Positions 1 through 13,530 of a stretch of DNA of 64,000 nt are shown here, one piece after another. Position 1 is the stretch's first letter. Each line of letters starts with the position of its first letter. The stretch covers positions 434,001 through 498,000 of the forward strand of contig NW_027138881.1 in NCBI RefSeq assembly GCF_035084215.1, written 5' to 3'. The position numbers and the translations under genes are program-made. The notes under the pieces are model-generated. The model saw only the letters and a program-made list of their open reading frames with translations. It was not told the DNA's origin and did no database searches. Origin of the DNA: Heptranchias perlo. Its lineage: Eukaryota.

Positions 1-1747
1 GTGCCTACAGTCTCTACACTCATCAAACAACCATCAAAACACTCTCCATAGTTCTGAGATCGGTACAGGTGCTATCTATGACCTGTGATACTTAGGATCC
101 ACTAGTATGACAATACTCTACCTACATCCCATCAGGGTATTACCCTACCTATAACACTGTCAGTCAACGAGGTCAATGGAAATAAAAATCGGAAGAGATG
201 TAAAACAGGCTGCCGATTCGCTACCCACCCCCACGCCCCCCGCCCCCCGCCCGTTTTAAACTGTCACAAAATGACCACCACACTGTTTACTCTCAGTGTC
301 CCTCCCCTAGTGGTTGAAGTAGAATTTGTTAAGATTGTACTCAACACCTCCCTTTTATAATAAAAAAAAATTTGTATTTCTATAGCTCTGCTCATGTACT
401 GAAATACATCTTAAAGCACTTTACATAGCAAAAGAAAAAACAATTAACAACAATCAGATGGAAAAGGGGGAGAATAGGAAAGTTAAGGGATGGAAAGAGG
501 GTGGCTAAAGTAAAAGGTTCTGAGGTGGATATTAAAAGTAGAGGAGATAGCTACTCTGGGTAATTAGGGAGGGAATGTCAGGGAGCAGAGCACAGTAGCT
601 CAGAGAGCCTTGACAGCAGATGCAAAGGAGGAAGCTGTAGGAATTGGGTGGGAGAGAGAGCAAAAGGAACCGATTTGGAAGAAGGGAAAAAAAACAGTAG
701 TTGCCAGACAGGTGACGGGGTGGGGGGGGGGGGGGGGGGTGGGGGGAAGCAGCAGAAAGTATATACAAGACATTCATATGTATACTTGTGAAAGCGATAA
801 TAATTTTGGGTAGAATCAGAATAGATTAACTGCACCGTCAATGCCGCTGAGGGAAAAATGTTCTGCATACACTAGATTGGCAGAAGTAGGGGTCGCACAG
901 GCTTTGTTGGATCTTGAAAGTGATTAAAATATTGCATGCTGGTACTCCTAAGGCACTGTTTCAGAGTAATAAGAACGTGCTCATTTTTACCATGCCCTTT
1001 AAAGTGACCTCCTGACATGGGTTGTGTTTCCAGGATGAGACACTGAGTAAAGAAAATAATCAGTGGGCAAGTCACCCTGGGCTGCCCTTTTATACCATTT
1101 AGGGGTCAGCTGAATGTTGGCACTGCAAAGGGTGTGGGAGTGGGTCAGTGAGCTGCCCACTGGCAGGAGAGATGGATGGTGTGGAAGAAAGAGAGGGGGA
1201 AAATACTTTGAAATGTGGGACAAAAACAAAACAGAAACAATTAGTCATAAAGGGCTCGAATTTCAAATCAAAGAGCGGGTGAGTTGGGGGCTGGGAAAAA
1301 TGAGAAAATCCCGAGCAGGTAAGGAAGCCAGCTCCAACTCACCGACTGCCGCGTCTCACGCGGACGCATCTGTGCGCGCGTGCTTCCAGAATGTGGCAGT
1401 CCCGCTGGCTTTAATATTTAAAGCACTTATAAACATCGTTGAACTTGTTCATTTCATGGTGATTGAGGCAGTGGAACGATTTTCATTCAGCCTCAGCGTG
1501 TTTCCCAGCTGTGGGAAACACTCCATGTTGTAGGAGACGCGTTTCAGCTGGCAGCCATTTGGACATTTGACTAATGGGGATAAAAGGTAAGTTATTGCAG
1601 AAGGGCACTCAGTTCTCTCAGACAAACCTTTGGCTGGGAATTCTCTGTTTAGACTGAAAATTCTTGAATTCTGAATGGAAACCTTCAGTTTACGCATATT
1701 TACCAACTTTTCGGACCCCCACAAACTGACACCATCAGGAAGGGGGG

Positions 1748-2900
1748 TGCGATGGCTGCATTCACCACTACATCCGAAGACGAGCAACATCACCATCCTC
1801 ACCACGCATGGCGTGCACTTCCGCCACTTGGAGCTCCACAACACTGCACCACAGGGACCTGCACAAGAGCACAGAGGGAGCAACATCACAGGAGGCACTG
1901 CCCTCGTCAGAGGGTCTGCAGACCGAGGCTCAGCTTCCTGGACCTCTGAGGAGCAGTGCATATGGAGGCTGACAGTGAGTCACCAGGTGGTTGCAGACAT
2001 CTGCAGCCTCCTTCATGCTGAGCTGCTCCCAGCTGGGGCAAGCAGCATTTCATTATCCATTGTTGTTAAAGTCACCACTGCCCTCAACTTCTTCACCTCC
2101 GGATCATTCCAAGGTGCCACTGGTGACATCACCGGGGTCTCTCAGTCATCTGCACACAAATGCACAACGCATGTCACCGACTGCTTGTTTCGCAGGGCCT
2201 CGTATAATGTCAACTTCCCCATGGACGACCTCAGCCAGACGGAGAGGGCAGTGGGATTCCACTCTGTGGCTGGCTTCCCACAGGTACAGGGTGCAATCGA
2301 TTGCACCCATATAGCAATCTGAGCACCTCCACATGAGCCAGGATTGTTCATCAACAGAAAGGGGTATCACTCAGTCAACGCTCAGCTCCTTTGTGACCAC
2401 CGCAAAAGATTCTTTCACGTGTGCGCCAGATTCCTTGACAGCTGCCATGATTTCTTCATTGAGGGAATCCAACATCCCGGACCTCTTCCACGCACTGAAC
2501 ACCCTTAAGGGCTGGCTCCTCGGGGACAAGGGATACCCCCTGCACGTGGCTCATGACACCTCTGAGGAATCCCATCAGCGAGCAACAGCGTCGATATAGC
2601 CACATCGCCACCAGGTCTATAACTGAACATGCGATAGGGCCGCTCAAAATGCGATTTCAGTACCTCGATTGCTCTGGGGGAGCGCTTCAATACACGCCAG
2701 CGAGAGTGGGTCACATTATAGTAGTGTATTGCATCCTGCACAACATGGTGCTACAGAGAGGGGTACCAGTTGAGGAGGCCCCATCCCCTCATCCACGTCA
2801 GCCATCCCCATTGAGAAGCAGGAGGACGCACCCATGGGCAGAGCGGCAGCTCAACTGGCTGCTCGTGAGGCCAAGGAATCACTCACTTGTGAACGGTGAA
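1748..2900 (+). pseudogene. Harbinger (HARBI1-like) DDE transposase, disrupted
   Basis: Fragments across frames: [69 protein letters not shown]...CILHN. In-frame TGA at 2320-2322 plus frameshifts. Confidence 0.9.
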
Positions 2901-3184
2901 GATCAGAAAGTGAGAACAGCCCAGTCCTCAGACCACCTAGAAAGAGCAGCGCCAACACCCTGCACAAAACAGTCCTGCAACCACACATACACCCACTGTA
3001 AAGTGACCCACTGGGTGGCATCAAGTGTTGCCATTCATGGTGAAGCACATGAAAGGGCACTATCACAAAACCCAGTCAAAAATGGGCAAGATGTGACAGT
3101 AGTGGTGAGAATGATAACATTTAATGTGACTTTAACAAAAACCAAATAGAAATGAAAAAGTGACATTGTGCATACCCTTCATGA

Positions 3185-5007
3185 TCACAAATACTTAGCC
3201 TTTCTCTTCCTGCTACTTCTACGTGGTGCATCCCCTGTGGCTGCAGCAGAGGTAGTGGCAGGGTGCTCATGTTCATGCCCTGTCTGCTTAGATGCTTTCG
3301 GCCTAGGCCCTCTGGGTTTTGGAGCCCGTGAGGGCCCCTCCAAAGACTGCTCCACCTGCACAGGGACAGACTCGGCCACCTGGAGGAGGCAGCATTGTGG
3401 GTACTGGTTGAGCGGGGGACCATGGGTGAGACATGGGGGCGCTTTGAGTGACGTCCCCACTTCCATGTCCCCTTTCGCCATCATCCCTCTCTTGGGCCAG
3501 GCCCAAATCACTCCTACCACCCTGATGGGGAACAGTTTGGAGGACATGTGTGATACCTTGGAAGACCACTTCTAAAATATCTGTCAGCCTGCTTAAGGCA
3601 GCAGGATGTTGTTCACAGTGAGTCCGAACAGCCGTTGTCAGGGCCTGAATGGACTCATTTGTGAGCAGTGCTTGAAGCTAAATGGAGGCTAACCGCCTCT
3701 TTATCACAGACATTCCTGCAATTACCTGCGACACTGTCTCAGACAGTTGTGCATATCCCTGTGACAGTAACTCAGAGATTCCCTCCCGTACTTGTGCCAC
3801 CATTCCACTCATGCAAGAGTTGGACTCCTCCATCCTCTGTGCTATTGTGGAGAGTGCGTGTGGTACCTGTTCCAGTACCTTGCAAATGTGCTGCTGTCCC
3901 TCGATCATTCTCCTTTTAAAGGGTGGCCCCTGGGGTTCAGCTGAGCAGAGCCTGGAGAAGAGTGCACCCACCGATGTGGACTCTCCACAGCGGCCCCTGC
4001 CACCAGTCTCTGCTCGTGCTCACTTGTGTGTGGTGACTCACCAGGTACCAACCCAACTAACTGACTACTAGGACCCACCGAGGTGTGTGTATCTGCGCTG
4101 GTGGATGGCTCGCTAAGATGTGATGATGTGCCCTTAGAGGCGGGAGTTCCTCTGAGGAATCGCCCTTTCCCATCACTGCGGTCGTTGAAGGACCTGGAAG
4201 AGAACAGAAGGCAATGTTAAGTATCATCACAGATGCATCATGATGCAATGAGCAAAATGAGGCGTTCAACATGTCAATCATTGTTAACATCAATTCATGT
4301 TGTGTGTAATGTGTGTTAAAGTAGTGTCACCAGCTGTTTGTGGGGTGCCAGTCTCTGTGTCCCCGACAGACAGGCACTCAAGGGAGCGACTGTTCTCCTG
4401 GGCCTCCTCCTCCATGTCCGTGAGGACCACTATTTGTTGTCGCCCCGCTCCAGTCCTCGCCCTCTCGCGTGCATTTCGCGCTCTCTTCTCCTAGAAGGGG
4501 AGAAAGTACAGACATGTGAGTGAGTGATGGTGACGTGGCCAACCAATGAATGCATTGTTTTGGGTGAGGCTGACCATGAAAGAGGTGCATCAGAGGGTGA
4601 GTATGAGACAGAGACTGAATGAGGATTGGGGTGAGTGGTAGTAGTGGGGTCACAAATGGGGATGAGCCTTAAGCGGGTTTGAGGAGGGATGTGATCGAGT
4701 AGTCTTGGCAGTGCAAAATGAGTTGGGAGTGATGTAGAACATGGAATGCAGGAGAATCAGAAAGTGTGCTCACTTTTGCTGACATAGGTCACTGAAGCGC
4801 TTCCTGCGCTGGACCAAGTGAGACAGATGTTGCCGCTGCTGGTGACCACCTCTGCCACCTCGAGCCAGGCTTCTTGATGGCAGAAGCAGGGCACTTCTTC
4901 CTATTGGCCAGGTAAAACAGTTCCCTCCTCCTCCTCACCCCAGCCAGTAGCACCTGAAGTGAGGCATCATTAAATCTTGGAGCAGCCTTGCCCCTATGCT
5001 GCTCTAT
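3185..5007 (-). pseudogene. Harbinger Myb/SANT-like DNA-binding partner gene, spliced (about 3 exons), disrupted
   Basis: Minus strand reads KAAPRFNDASLQVLLAGVRRRRELFY near 4990-4915, donor GTGAGC at 4773, a second exon EKRARNARE.. near 4490-4331, and a last exon from ~4194 ending in basic RRSSRKRKAKYL*. The presumed start codon reads ATA. Confidence 0.75.
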
Positions 5008-5452
5008 TGTGTCGTTTTGGTCTTTGCCCCAGCAAAAGCCATTGGAGCAATGGTCCTTTAAATAGACTCGCTCCAGCTAACAACCTGCCATGTGGGTGCG
5101 CAGTCCGCCCACCTTTCGGACCGCAAATCCGGAAGCTACGTTAAGGGCTACCAATTAACGCGATCACGTGGGGAGCGGTAAGATTTTATTATCGGGGTTT
5201 GCCGCACACCCACTGACCCCCCCCCCCACCACCAACTGCCATTTGAAAATCGAGCCCATTATTACTCGATTAGTTATACCCAACATTTTAACCAGTCTTC
5301 TCTTCACACATGCTGACTGACCTGCTGTGCACAGCCAGCATTTTCTCTTTATTTCAGATTCCTTTGTCATAATATTTATTGACCAGATGTCCCCATTTTG
5401 TGTCAATCTGTAATAAAATACACACTCCCTACACATGTGTGTTTGTTTCTAC

Positions 5453-5595
5453 CTTTGCTTTAGACAGTATCTTTCTTGTGTTTTGATGCCTCCTCCACAA
5501 GTCCGGGTGCATCCTGTCCATTTGGCCCATTCACCCCACCAATAGGCAGTATTATCTAGTCCTTCTTCTAAACTATTGGATGTCTGAGCCACTTG
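5453..5595 (-). CDS. ADAMTSL2: ADAMTS-like protein 2, coding exon with the start of the first thrombospondin type-1 repeat
   Basis: 143-nt exon, ttttctttctcctag acceptor, AG|gtaga donor. Translates [48 protein letters not shown], matching recalled vertebrate ADAMTSL2 (TSNSLE..A[FY]WWGEW.KWT.CSR.CGGG..QER.CL.QR). Adjacent to MYMK as in human. Confidence 0.92.
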
Positions 5596-6261
5596 CTAGG
5601 AGAAAGAAAAAAGAAATAATATTTATTTTGAAATAATGAGTTTTCTTTATTAGTGTTCATCTTGATGAGCATCCTATCAACCAGTGTTTGAATCTTCAAC
5701 ATCACTGGCTGAATGCCTTACATCCCCTCACAGGTAGTATTGTGGTATAATGCATTGGAGCTCCATCACACAGTGCCATGGAGATAGCATGAAGGTTTGC
5801 AAGGCCTCCTAGTGACAACCTTATCAGCTTGGAATCCAGGCACTTCTCCACAGGGAAAAAGGGAAACCTGAGGTGACAGTCACCCCAAACACATTTGACC
5901 ATTCAGTAGCCAATCATCAAGTAGGTCTTCTGCTCCTCCTGTTGGTCAGGGAAAATGTGAAGCACTACAGGAGGAGAAAATAAGGGGATGATTAAAAAAA
6001 ATTCTCACAAAACACTTAAACCATATGCCAGGCGACCAAGGAATCATCATCATCTTCAGTAATAGATAGCTTTCAGCAATGGCCTGATAAATGCAGCTAT
6101 TCTTCAAAACTATAAACAATCAGAAAAACAAGGCAGTATATCAAAGTAAATGATCATTCATTTTTTAACCCAAGAAACCTTCTTCTAAACCCATTTCCTA
6201 TTCAGGAACCCAGATAGTACTCAAATGGCAAATCCTAGCTTTCAAAATACTCTTACAATCT

Positions 6262-6985
6262 TTCAGGACAGTTTCTTAGAGCAGCACATTCTAGAGCCAA
6301 CCAGAGAGCAGGCTATTCTAGATCTGGTGATGTGTAATGAGACAGGATTAATTAATGACCTCATTGTAAAGGAGCCTCTAGGTAGCAGTGATCACAATAT
6401 GATTGTGAAATTCACATTCAATTTGAGGGAGAGAAGAGTAAGTCTAAGACTAGTGTTTTAAACTTAAGTAAGGGCAATTATGAGGGCATGAAGACAGAGC
6501 TGGCTAAAGTGAACTGGGAAATTAGGTTAAGGGATGTGTCAGTAGAGATGCAGTGGCAGACATTTAATGAGATATTTCATAACACTCAAAGATATATTCC
6601 AGTGAGAAAGAAAGACTCTAGGGGAAGGACGTACCATCCGTGGGTAACTAACGAAGTTAGATAGTATCAAATCGAAAGAAAAAAAAGCATACAATTCTAC
6701 GAAGATTAGTGACAGGTCAGAAGATTGCTGTTTTTTATATTCTGACCAAAGGATAATAAGGAGGGAGAAATTACAGTACCAGAGAAAGATAGCTAGAAAT
6801 ACAAAAACAGATAGTAAGAGTTTCTACAGGTATTTAAAAAGGAAAAAAAAAGTAAAGTGAGTGTTGGTCCTCTAGAGTAAGTCTGGGAAATAATTAAAGG
6901 AGAACAAGGAAATGGCAGATGAATTGAACAGATATTTTGCGTCCGTCTTCACTGTAGAGGATACAAATAACAGGCCAGAAATAAT
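6262..6985 (+). mobile_element. CR1 LINE fragment (endonuclease end/tether region), decayed
   Basis: FLEQHILEPTREQAILDLV...LGSSDHNMI and MADELNRYFASVFT motifs. Confidence 0.85.
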
Positions 6986-8835
6986 TTTCTTTTTAAAAAT
7001 TCGTTCATGGGATGTGGGTGTCGCTGGCGAGGCCAGCATTTATTACTCATCCCTAATTGCCCTCAAGGTGGTGACGAGCCGCCTTCTTGAACCGCTGCAG
7101 TCAGTGTGAAGGTTCTCCCACAGTGCTGTTAGGAAGGGAGTGCCAGGATTTTGACCCAGCGACAATGAAGGAACGGCGATATATTTCCAAGTCGGGATGG
7201 TGTGTGACTTGGAGGGGAACGTGCAGGTGGTGTTGTTCCCATGAACCTGCTGCTCTTGTCCTTCTAGGTGGTAGAGGTCGCGGGTTTGGGAGGTGCTGTC
7301 AAAGAAGCCTTGGCGAGTTGCTGCAGTGCATCCTGTGGATGGTACACACTGCAGCCACTGTGCGCCGGTGGTGAAGGGAGTGAATGTTTAGGGTGGTGGA
7401 TGGGGTGCCAATCAAGCGGGCTGCTTGGTCCTGGATGGTGTCGAGCTTCGAGTGTTGTTGGAGCTGCACTCATCCAGGCAAGTGGAGAGTATTCCATCAC
7501 ACTCCTGACTTGTGTCTTGTAGATGGTGGAAAGGCTTTGGGGAGTCAGGAGGTGAGTCACTCACCACAGAATACCCAGCCTCTGGCCTGCTCTTGTAGCC
7601 ACAGTATTTATATGGCTGGTCCAGTTAAGTTTCTGGTCAATACTACCCCCAGGATGTTGATGGTGGGGGAATTCGGTGATGGTAATGCCGTTGAATGTCA
7701 AGGGGAGGTGGTTAGACTCTCTCTTGTTTGAGATGGTCATTGCCTGGCACTTTTCGGGCGCAAATGTTACTTGCCACTTATCAGCCCAAGCCTGGATGTT
7801 GTCCAAGTCTTGCTGCATGTGGGCTCAAACTGCTTCATTATCTGAGGGGTTGCAAATGGAACTGAACACTGTGCAATCATCAGCGAACATCCCCATTTCT
7901 GACCTTATGATGGAGGGAAGGTCAATGATAAAGCAGCTGAAGATGGTTGGGCCTAGGATACTGCCCTGAGGAACTCCTGCAGCAACGTCCTGGGGCTGAG
8001 ATGATTGACCTCCAACAACCACTACCATCTTCCTTTGTGCTACTTATGACTCCAGCCACTGGAGAATTTTTCCCCTGATTCCCATAGACTTCAATTTTAC
8101 GAGGGCTCCTTGGTGCCACACTCGGTCAAATGCTGCCTTGATGTCAAGGGCAGTCACTCTCACCTCACCTCTGGAATTCAGCTCTTTTGTCCATTTTTTG
8201 ACCAAGACTGTAATGAGGTCTGGAGCCAAGTGGTCCTGGTGGAACCCAAACTGAGCATCGGTGAGCAGGTTATTGGTGAGTAAGTGCCGCTTGATAGCAC
8301 TGTCGATGACACCTTCCATCACTTTGCTGATGATTGAGAGTAGACTGATGGGGCAGTAATTGGCCAGATTGGATTTGTCCTGCTTTTTGTGGACAGGACA
8401 TACCTGGGCAATTTTCCACATTGTCGGGTAGATGCCAGTGTTGTAGCTGTACTGGAACAGCTTGGTTGGAGGCGCAGCTAGTTCTGGAGCACAAGTTCTG
8501 CATTACAACAGGGATGTTGTCGGGGCCCATAGCCTTTACTGTATCCAGTGCACTCAGCAGTTTCTTGATATCACGTGGAGTGTATCGAATTGGCTGAAGA
8601 CTGGCTTCTGTGATGGTGGGGATATCGGGAGGAGGCCGAGATGGATCATCGACTCGGCACTTCTGGCTGAAGACGGTTGCAAACGCTTCAGCCTCGTCTT
8701 TTGCACTCACGTGCTGGACTCCACCATCATTGAGGATGGGGATGTTTGCAGAGCCTCCTCCTCCTGTTAGTTGATTAATTGTACACCACCATTCACGACT
8801 GAATGTGGCACGACTGCAGAGCTTTGACCTGATCA
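6986..8835 (-). mobile_element. CR1-group LINE, second family ('family B'), 5'-truncated RT plus 3' tail
   Basis: WKIAQVCPVHKKQDKSN, QFGF, ALDIKAAFDRVWH, GVPQGSILGP, MFADD. The 3' end resembles that of the copy at 41955-43658. Confidence 0.9.
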
Positions 8836-9532
8836 TGAATCATAAAAAGTTAGTATGCAGGTACAGCAAGTGATTAGGAACGCAAATGGAATGTTGTCAT
8901 TTATTGCAAGGGGAATGGAATATAAAAGTAGAGATGTTTTGCTACAGTTGTACAGGGCATTGGTGAGACCACATCTAGAATACTGTATTCAGTGTTGGTC
9001 TCCTTATTTAAGAAAGGACATAATTACTTTGAAGGTGGTTCAGGGAAGGCTCACTGGACTGATTCCTGGGATGAGGGGGTTATCTTATGAGGAAAGGTTA
9101 GACAAGTTGGGCCTGTATATACTGGAGTTTAGATGAATGAGAGGTGATCTTATTGAAACATACAAGATCCTGAGGGGACTGGAAGGGGTAGATGCTGAGA
9201 GGGTGTTTCCCCTTGTGGGAGAGACTAGAACTAGGGGCCACAGTTTAAAAATAAGGGATCTCCCATTTAAGATGGTGATGGGGAGAAATTTTCTCAGAGG
9301 GTTGAGAGTCCATGGAACTCCCTTCTCCAGAGAGCAGTGGAGGCAGCGTCACTGAATATTTTTAAGTCCGAGTTAGATAGATTCCTGATTAACAAGGGAG
9401 TCAAAGGTTATAGTAGTTAGACAGGAAAGTAGGGTTAACGTCGCAATCGGATCAGCTATGATCTTATCAAATGGAAGAGCAGGCTCGAGGGGCCGAATGG
9501 CCTACTCCTGCTCTTAATTTGTATGTTCGTAT
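8836..9532 (+). mobile_element. CR1 LINE 3' fragment
   Basis: LYRALVRPHLEYC..WSPYL, RGDLIETYKIL, and CR1 3' UTR GGGCCGAATGGCCTACTCCTGCTC. Confidence 0.9.
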
Positions 9533-9608
9533 GAAATCGGTTTCACTAGTACATAACCAACTGAAAGCAGGTCATTTACTTTCTTCTGATTGGTTTGGTG
9601 TTCTACGG

Positions 9609-12112
9609 CAAATTGAGGAGCAAATATGTAAGGAGATTACAGACAGCTGCAAGAAAAATAGGGTGGTAATAGTAGGGGACTTCAACTGTCCCAACATTGA
9701 CTGGGACAGCCATAGCATTAGGGGCTTGGATGGAGAGAAATTTGTTGAGTGTATTCAGGAGGAATTTCTCATTCAGTATGTGGATGGCCCGACTAGAGAG
9801 GGGGCAAAACTTGACCTCCTCTTGGGAAATAAGGAAGGGCAGGTGACAGAAGTGTTAGTGAGGGATCACTTTGGGACCAGTGATCATAATTCCATTAATT
9901 TTAAGATAGCTATGGAGAAGGATAGGTCTGGCCCAAAAGTTAAAATTCTAAATTGGGGAAAGGCCAATTTTGATGGTATTAGACAGGAACTTTCAGAAGT
10001 TGATTGGCAGGCAAAGGGACGTCTGGTAAGTGGGAGGCCTTCAAAAGTGTGTTAACCAGGGTTCAGGGTAAGCACATTCCTTATAAAGTGAAGGGCAAGG
10101 CTGGTAGAAGTAGGGAACCTTGGATGACTCGGGAGATTGAGGCCCTAGTCAAAAAGGAGGCATATGACATGCACAGGCAGCTGGGATCAAGTGGATCCCT
10201 TGAAGAGTATAGAGATTGCCGGAGTAGAGTTAAGAGAGAAATCAGGAGAGCAAAAAGGGGACATGAGATTGCTTTGGCAGATAAGGCAAAGGAGAATCCA
10301 AAGAGCTTCTACAAATACATAAAGGGCAAAAGAGTAACTAGGGAGAGAGTAGGGCCTCTGAAGGATCAACAAGGTCATCTATGTGCGGAACCACAAGAGA
10401 TGGGTGAGATCCTGAATGAATATTTCACATCGGTATTTACGGTTGAGAAAGGCATGGATGTTAGGGAACTTGGGGAAATAAATAGTGATGTCTTGAGGAG
10501 TGTACATATTACAGAGAGGGAGGTGCTGGAAGTCTTAACACGCATCAAGGTAGATAAATCTCCGGGACCTGATGAAATGTATCCCAGGACGTTATGGGAG
10601 GTTAGGAAGGAAATTGCGGGTCCCCGAGCAGAGATATTTGAATCATCGACAGCTACAGGTGAGGTGCCTGAAGATTGGAGGGTAGCAAATGTTGTGCCTT
10701 TGTTTAAGAAGGGTGGCAGGGAAAAGCCTGGGAACTACAGACCGGTGAGCCTGACATCTGTAGTGGGAAAGTTGTTAGAGGGTATTCTGAGGGACAGGCG
10801 TTTGGAGAGGCAGGGACTGATTAGGAACAGTCAGCATGGTTTTGAGAGAGGAAAATCATGTCTCACGAATTTGATTGAGTTTTTTGAAGGGGTAACCAAG
10901 AAGATAGATGAGGGCTGTGCAGTAGACGTGGTCTACATGGACTTTAGCAAAGCCTTTGACAAGGTACCACATGGTAGGTTGTTACATAAGGTTAAATCTC
11001 ACGGGATCCAAGGTGAGGTAGCCAATTGGATACAAAATTGGATTGACGACAGAAGACAGAGGGTGGTTGTAGAGGGTTGTTTTTCAAACTGGAGGCCTGT
11101 GAGCAGCAGTGTGCCTCAGGGATCGGTGCTGGGTCCGCTGTTATTTGTTATTTATATTAATGATTTGGATGAGAATTTAGGAGGCATGGTTAGTAAGTTT
11201 GCAGATGACACCAAGATTGGTGGCATTGTGGACAGTGAAGAAGGTTATCTAGGATTGCAACGGGATCTTGATAAATTGGGCCAGTGGGCCGATGAATGGC
11301 AGATGGAATTTAATTTAGATAAATGTGAGGTGATGCATTTTGGTAGATCAAATCGGGCCAGGACCTACTCCGTTAATGGTATGGCGTTGGGGAGAGTTAT
11401 AGAACAAAGAGATCTAGGAGTACAGGTTCATAGCTCCTTGAAAGTGGAGTCACAGGTGGATAGGGTGGTGAAGAAGGCATTCGGCATGCTTGGTTTCATT
11501 GGTCAGAACATTGAATACAGGAGTTGGGATGTCTTGTTGAAGTTGTACAAGACATTAGTTAGGCCACACTTGGAATACTGTGTACAGTTCTGGTCACCCT
11601 ATTATAGAAAGGATATTATTAAACTAGAAAGAGTGCAGAAAAGATTTACTAGGATGCTACCGGGACTTGATGGTTTGACTTATAGGGAGAGGTTGGATAG
11701 ACAGACTTTTTTCCCTGGAGAGTAGGAGGTTAAGGGGTGATCTTATAGAAGTCTATAAAATAATGAGGGGCATAGATAAGGTAGATAGTCAAAATCTTTT
11801 CCCAAAGGTAGGGGAGTGTATAACGAGGGGGCATAGATTTAAGGTGAGAGGGGAGATACAAAAGGGTCCAGAGGGGCAATTTTTTCACTCAAAGGGTGGT
11901 GAGTGTCTGGAACGAGCTGCCAGAGGCAGTAGTAGAGGCGGGTACAATTTTGTCTTTTAAAAAGCATTTGGACAGTTACATGGGTAAGATGGGTATAGAG
12001 GGCGATGGGCCAAGTGCAGGCAATTGGGACTAGCTTAGTGGTATAAACTGGGCGACATGGACATGTTGGGCCGAAGGGCCTGTTTCCACGTTGTAAACTT
12101 CTAACTTCTATG
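9609..12112 (+). mobile_element. CR1 LINE, 5'-truncated ORF2 (endonuclease C-half plus RT), few lesions
   Basis: VGDFN, SDHN, KSPGPD, NYRPVSLTS, SQHGF, DFSKAFDKVPH, PQGSVLGP, KFADD in ORFs 9471-10055 and 10004-11725, followed by a CR1-type tail. Confidence 0.95.
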
Positions 12113-12479
12113 AGTCCATCCCACAGTCAGTCAATGAGATTTCTTGTTACTACAAACTGAGAAAGAAGCAGACTTTCCATCTAGAAGTAAACTCTGGTCA
12201 TGTGTTTGGCAGGTGCTCTGGTCACGTGGCCAAAAGCTTTATTGCTTAGCAATGGTATTTTTTAAAATCAAAACCACTTTTTTGATTTTTGTTGCAGAGG
12301 AATCTCACTGCCACGAAATCAGAGAAACAAAATCCAGGGCAGGAACCTCCCATTCCCCACCTTTTGCACAGGAACCGTTCCTCTTCTTCAAAACTACCAT
12401 CATCACTTCCTCCTCAAAAAGCCCCCGCTCAGACCCTGTTCCCTCTTCACGTACCTCCAGCTAATCTCCTTTTCCTTTC

Positions 12480-13530
12480 TAAGATTGTAAATCCAGTCAG
12501 CCAGCTCTGTGCTCACTTCTCAAACGATCCCTTCAGTTTGGCTTCTGCCCCACACCCAGCACTAAGATTGCCCTGGTCAAAGCCACCAACAATTGCACAT
12601 TGCCCTTTCTTGTCTTGCTCATCCGCGCCTCAGTGTTCAAAACAATTGGCCACTCCGTCCTCTCACCTCCATTCTTCCATGGTCCACCTCTGTGGGACTA
12701 CCCTCACTAGTTACACTTCTACCTGGTTCAACGTGGCCAGCACATTTCTAGCAAAGGCTTCTGCTTTCTCCTCTGCAGTCACCTCAACAGTTCCATCCTA
12801 AGATCTTGAACATATCATTCCCACCCAGATCTACGTTCACCACTCTCATAATTCCCTGCTTAAACACCATGTTGTCAGATTGCTTGCCCAACATTAAACT
12901 GTGGATGAGCCAGAACTTTCTCCAACTGAACATTGGCAAAACTGACACCATCCTATTTGGCTCCCCACCAAAATTGTGTACCATAGCCCCCTAACTCCAT
13001 CCCCCTACCCAGCTGCTCATTCAGGCTGATCCAGATGATATGCAGTCTTGGTGTCCTGTTCATTGAGATGAGCTTCAATCCCCAACCCATCCATTGCCTG
13101 TATCATGTCCCACACCAAATCTCACTCACCCATCACCCCAGTCTTTCCTAAGCTCCATGTCCCCCAGTGTATTGAATTTTAAAATCCTCATTCTTGTATA
13201 CAAGCCTCTCCATGGCTTTGCCTCATCCTACCTCTGCAACCTCCTCCAGCCCTACATCCTAGCTTGTTTTATGGTCTTCTGACTCTGGCTTCCTGTGCAT
13301 ACCACCCCGCCTCCACTCTACCACTAGTAGCAGAGCAGTTAGCTATCTTTAACTATGGGGTTCCATCCCTAAACCCCTCTACTTTGCTGCCTGTCACCAC
13401 CATTGAGAGTCATCAAAACCTATCTTTTCAACCATACCTTCCTAATTCTTCTACTGCTCAGCATCCCTTTCTCCTCTGAAGAGCTTTGGGACATTTACTA
13501 CATTAAAGACACTATATAAATGCAAATTGC
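12480..13530 (+). mobile_element. Old L2-type LINE 3' fragment
   Basis: CLPNIKLWMSQNFLQLNIGKTDTIL, FKILILVYK.LHG, and L2-type tail GAGCTTTGGGACATTTACTACATTAAAGACACTATATAAATGCAA. Confidence 0.75.

Larger units (their letters stand above)
1252..5257 (+). mobile_element. PIF/Harbinger DNA transposon, full-length but decayed (~4 kb), in an ADAMTSL2 intron
   Basis: Terminal inverted repeats GGGCTCGAATTTCAAAT (1252-1268) and ATTTGAAAATCGAGCCC (5241-5257), 16/17 match, enclosing a + strand transposase and a convergent - strand Myb/SANT gene, the standard Harbinger layout. No clean 3-bp TSD. Confidence 0.9.

Noticed and set aside
716-746. Long poly-G runs (also ~17322-17344)
   Set aside because: Simple homopolymer expansions; lengths may be sequencing-dependent.
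5322-5408. AG/GT-bounded open segment just after the ADAMTSL2 TSR exon
   Set aside because: Would need a 44-nt intron, does not resemble the expected next exon, and overlaps a repeat relic also seen near 62620-62660. The true next exon is probably left of the window.
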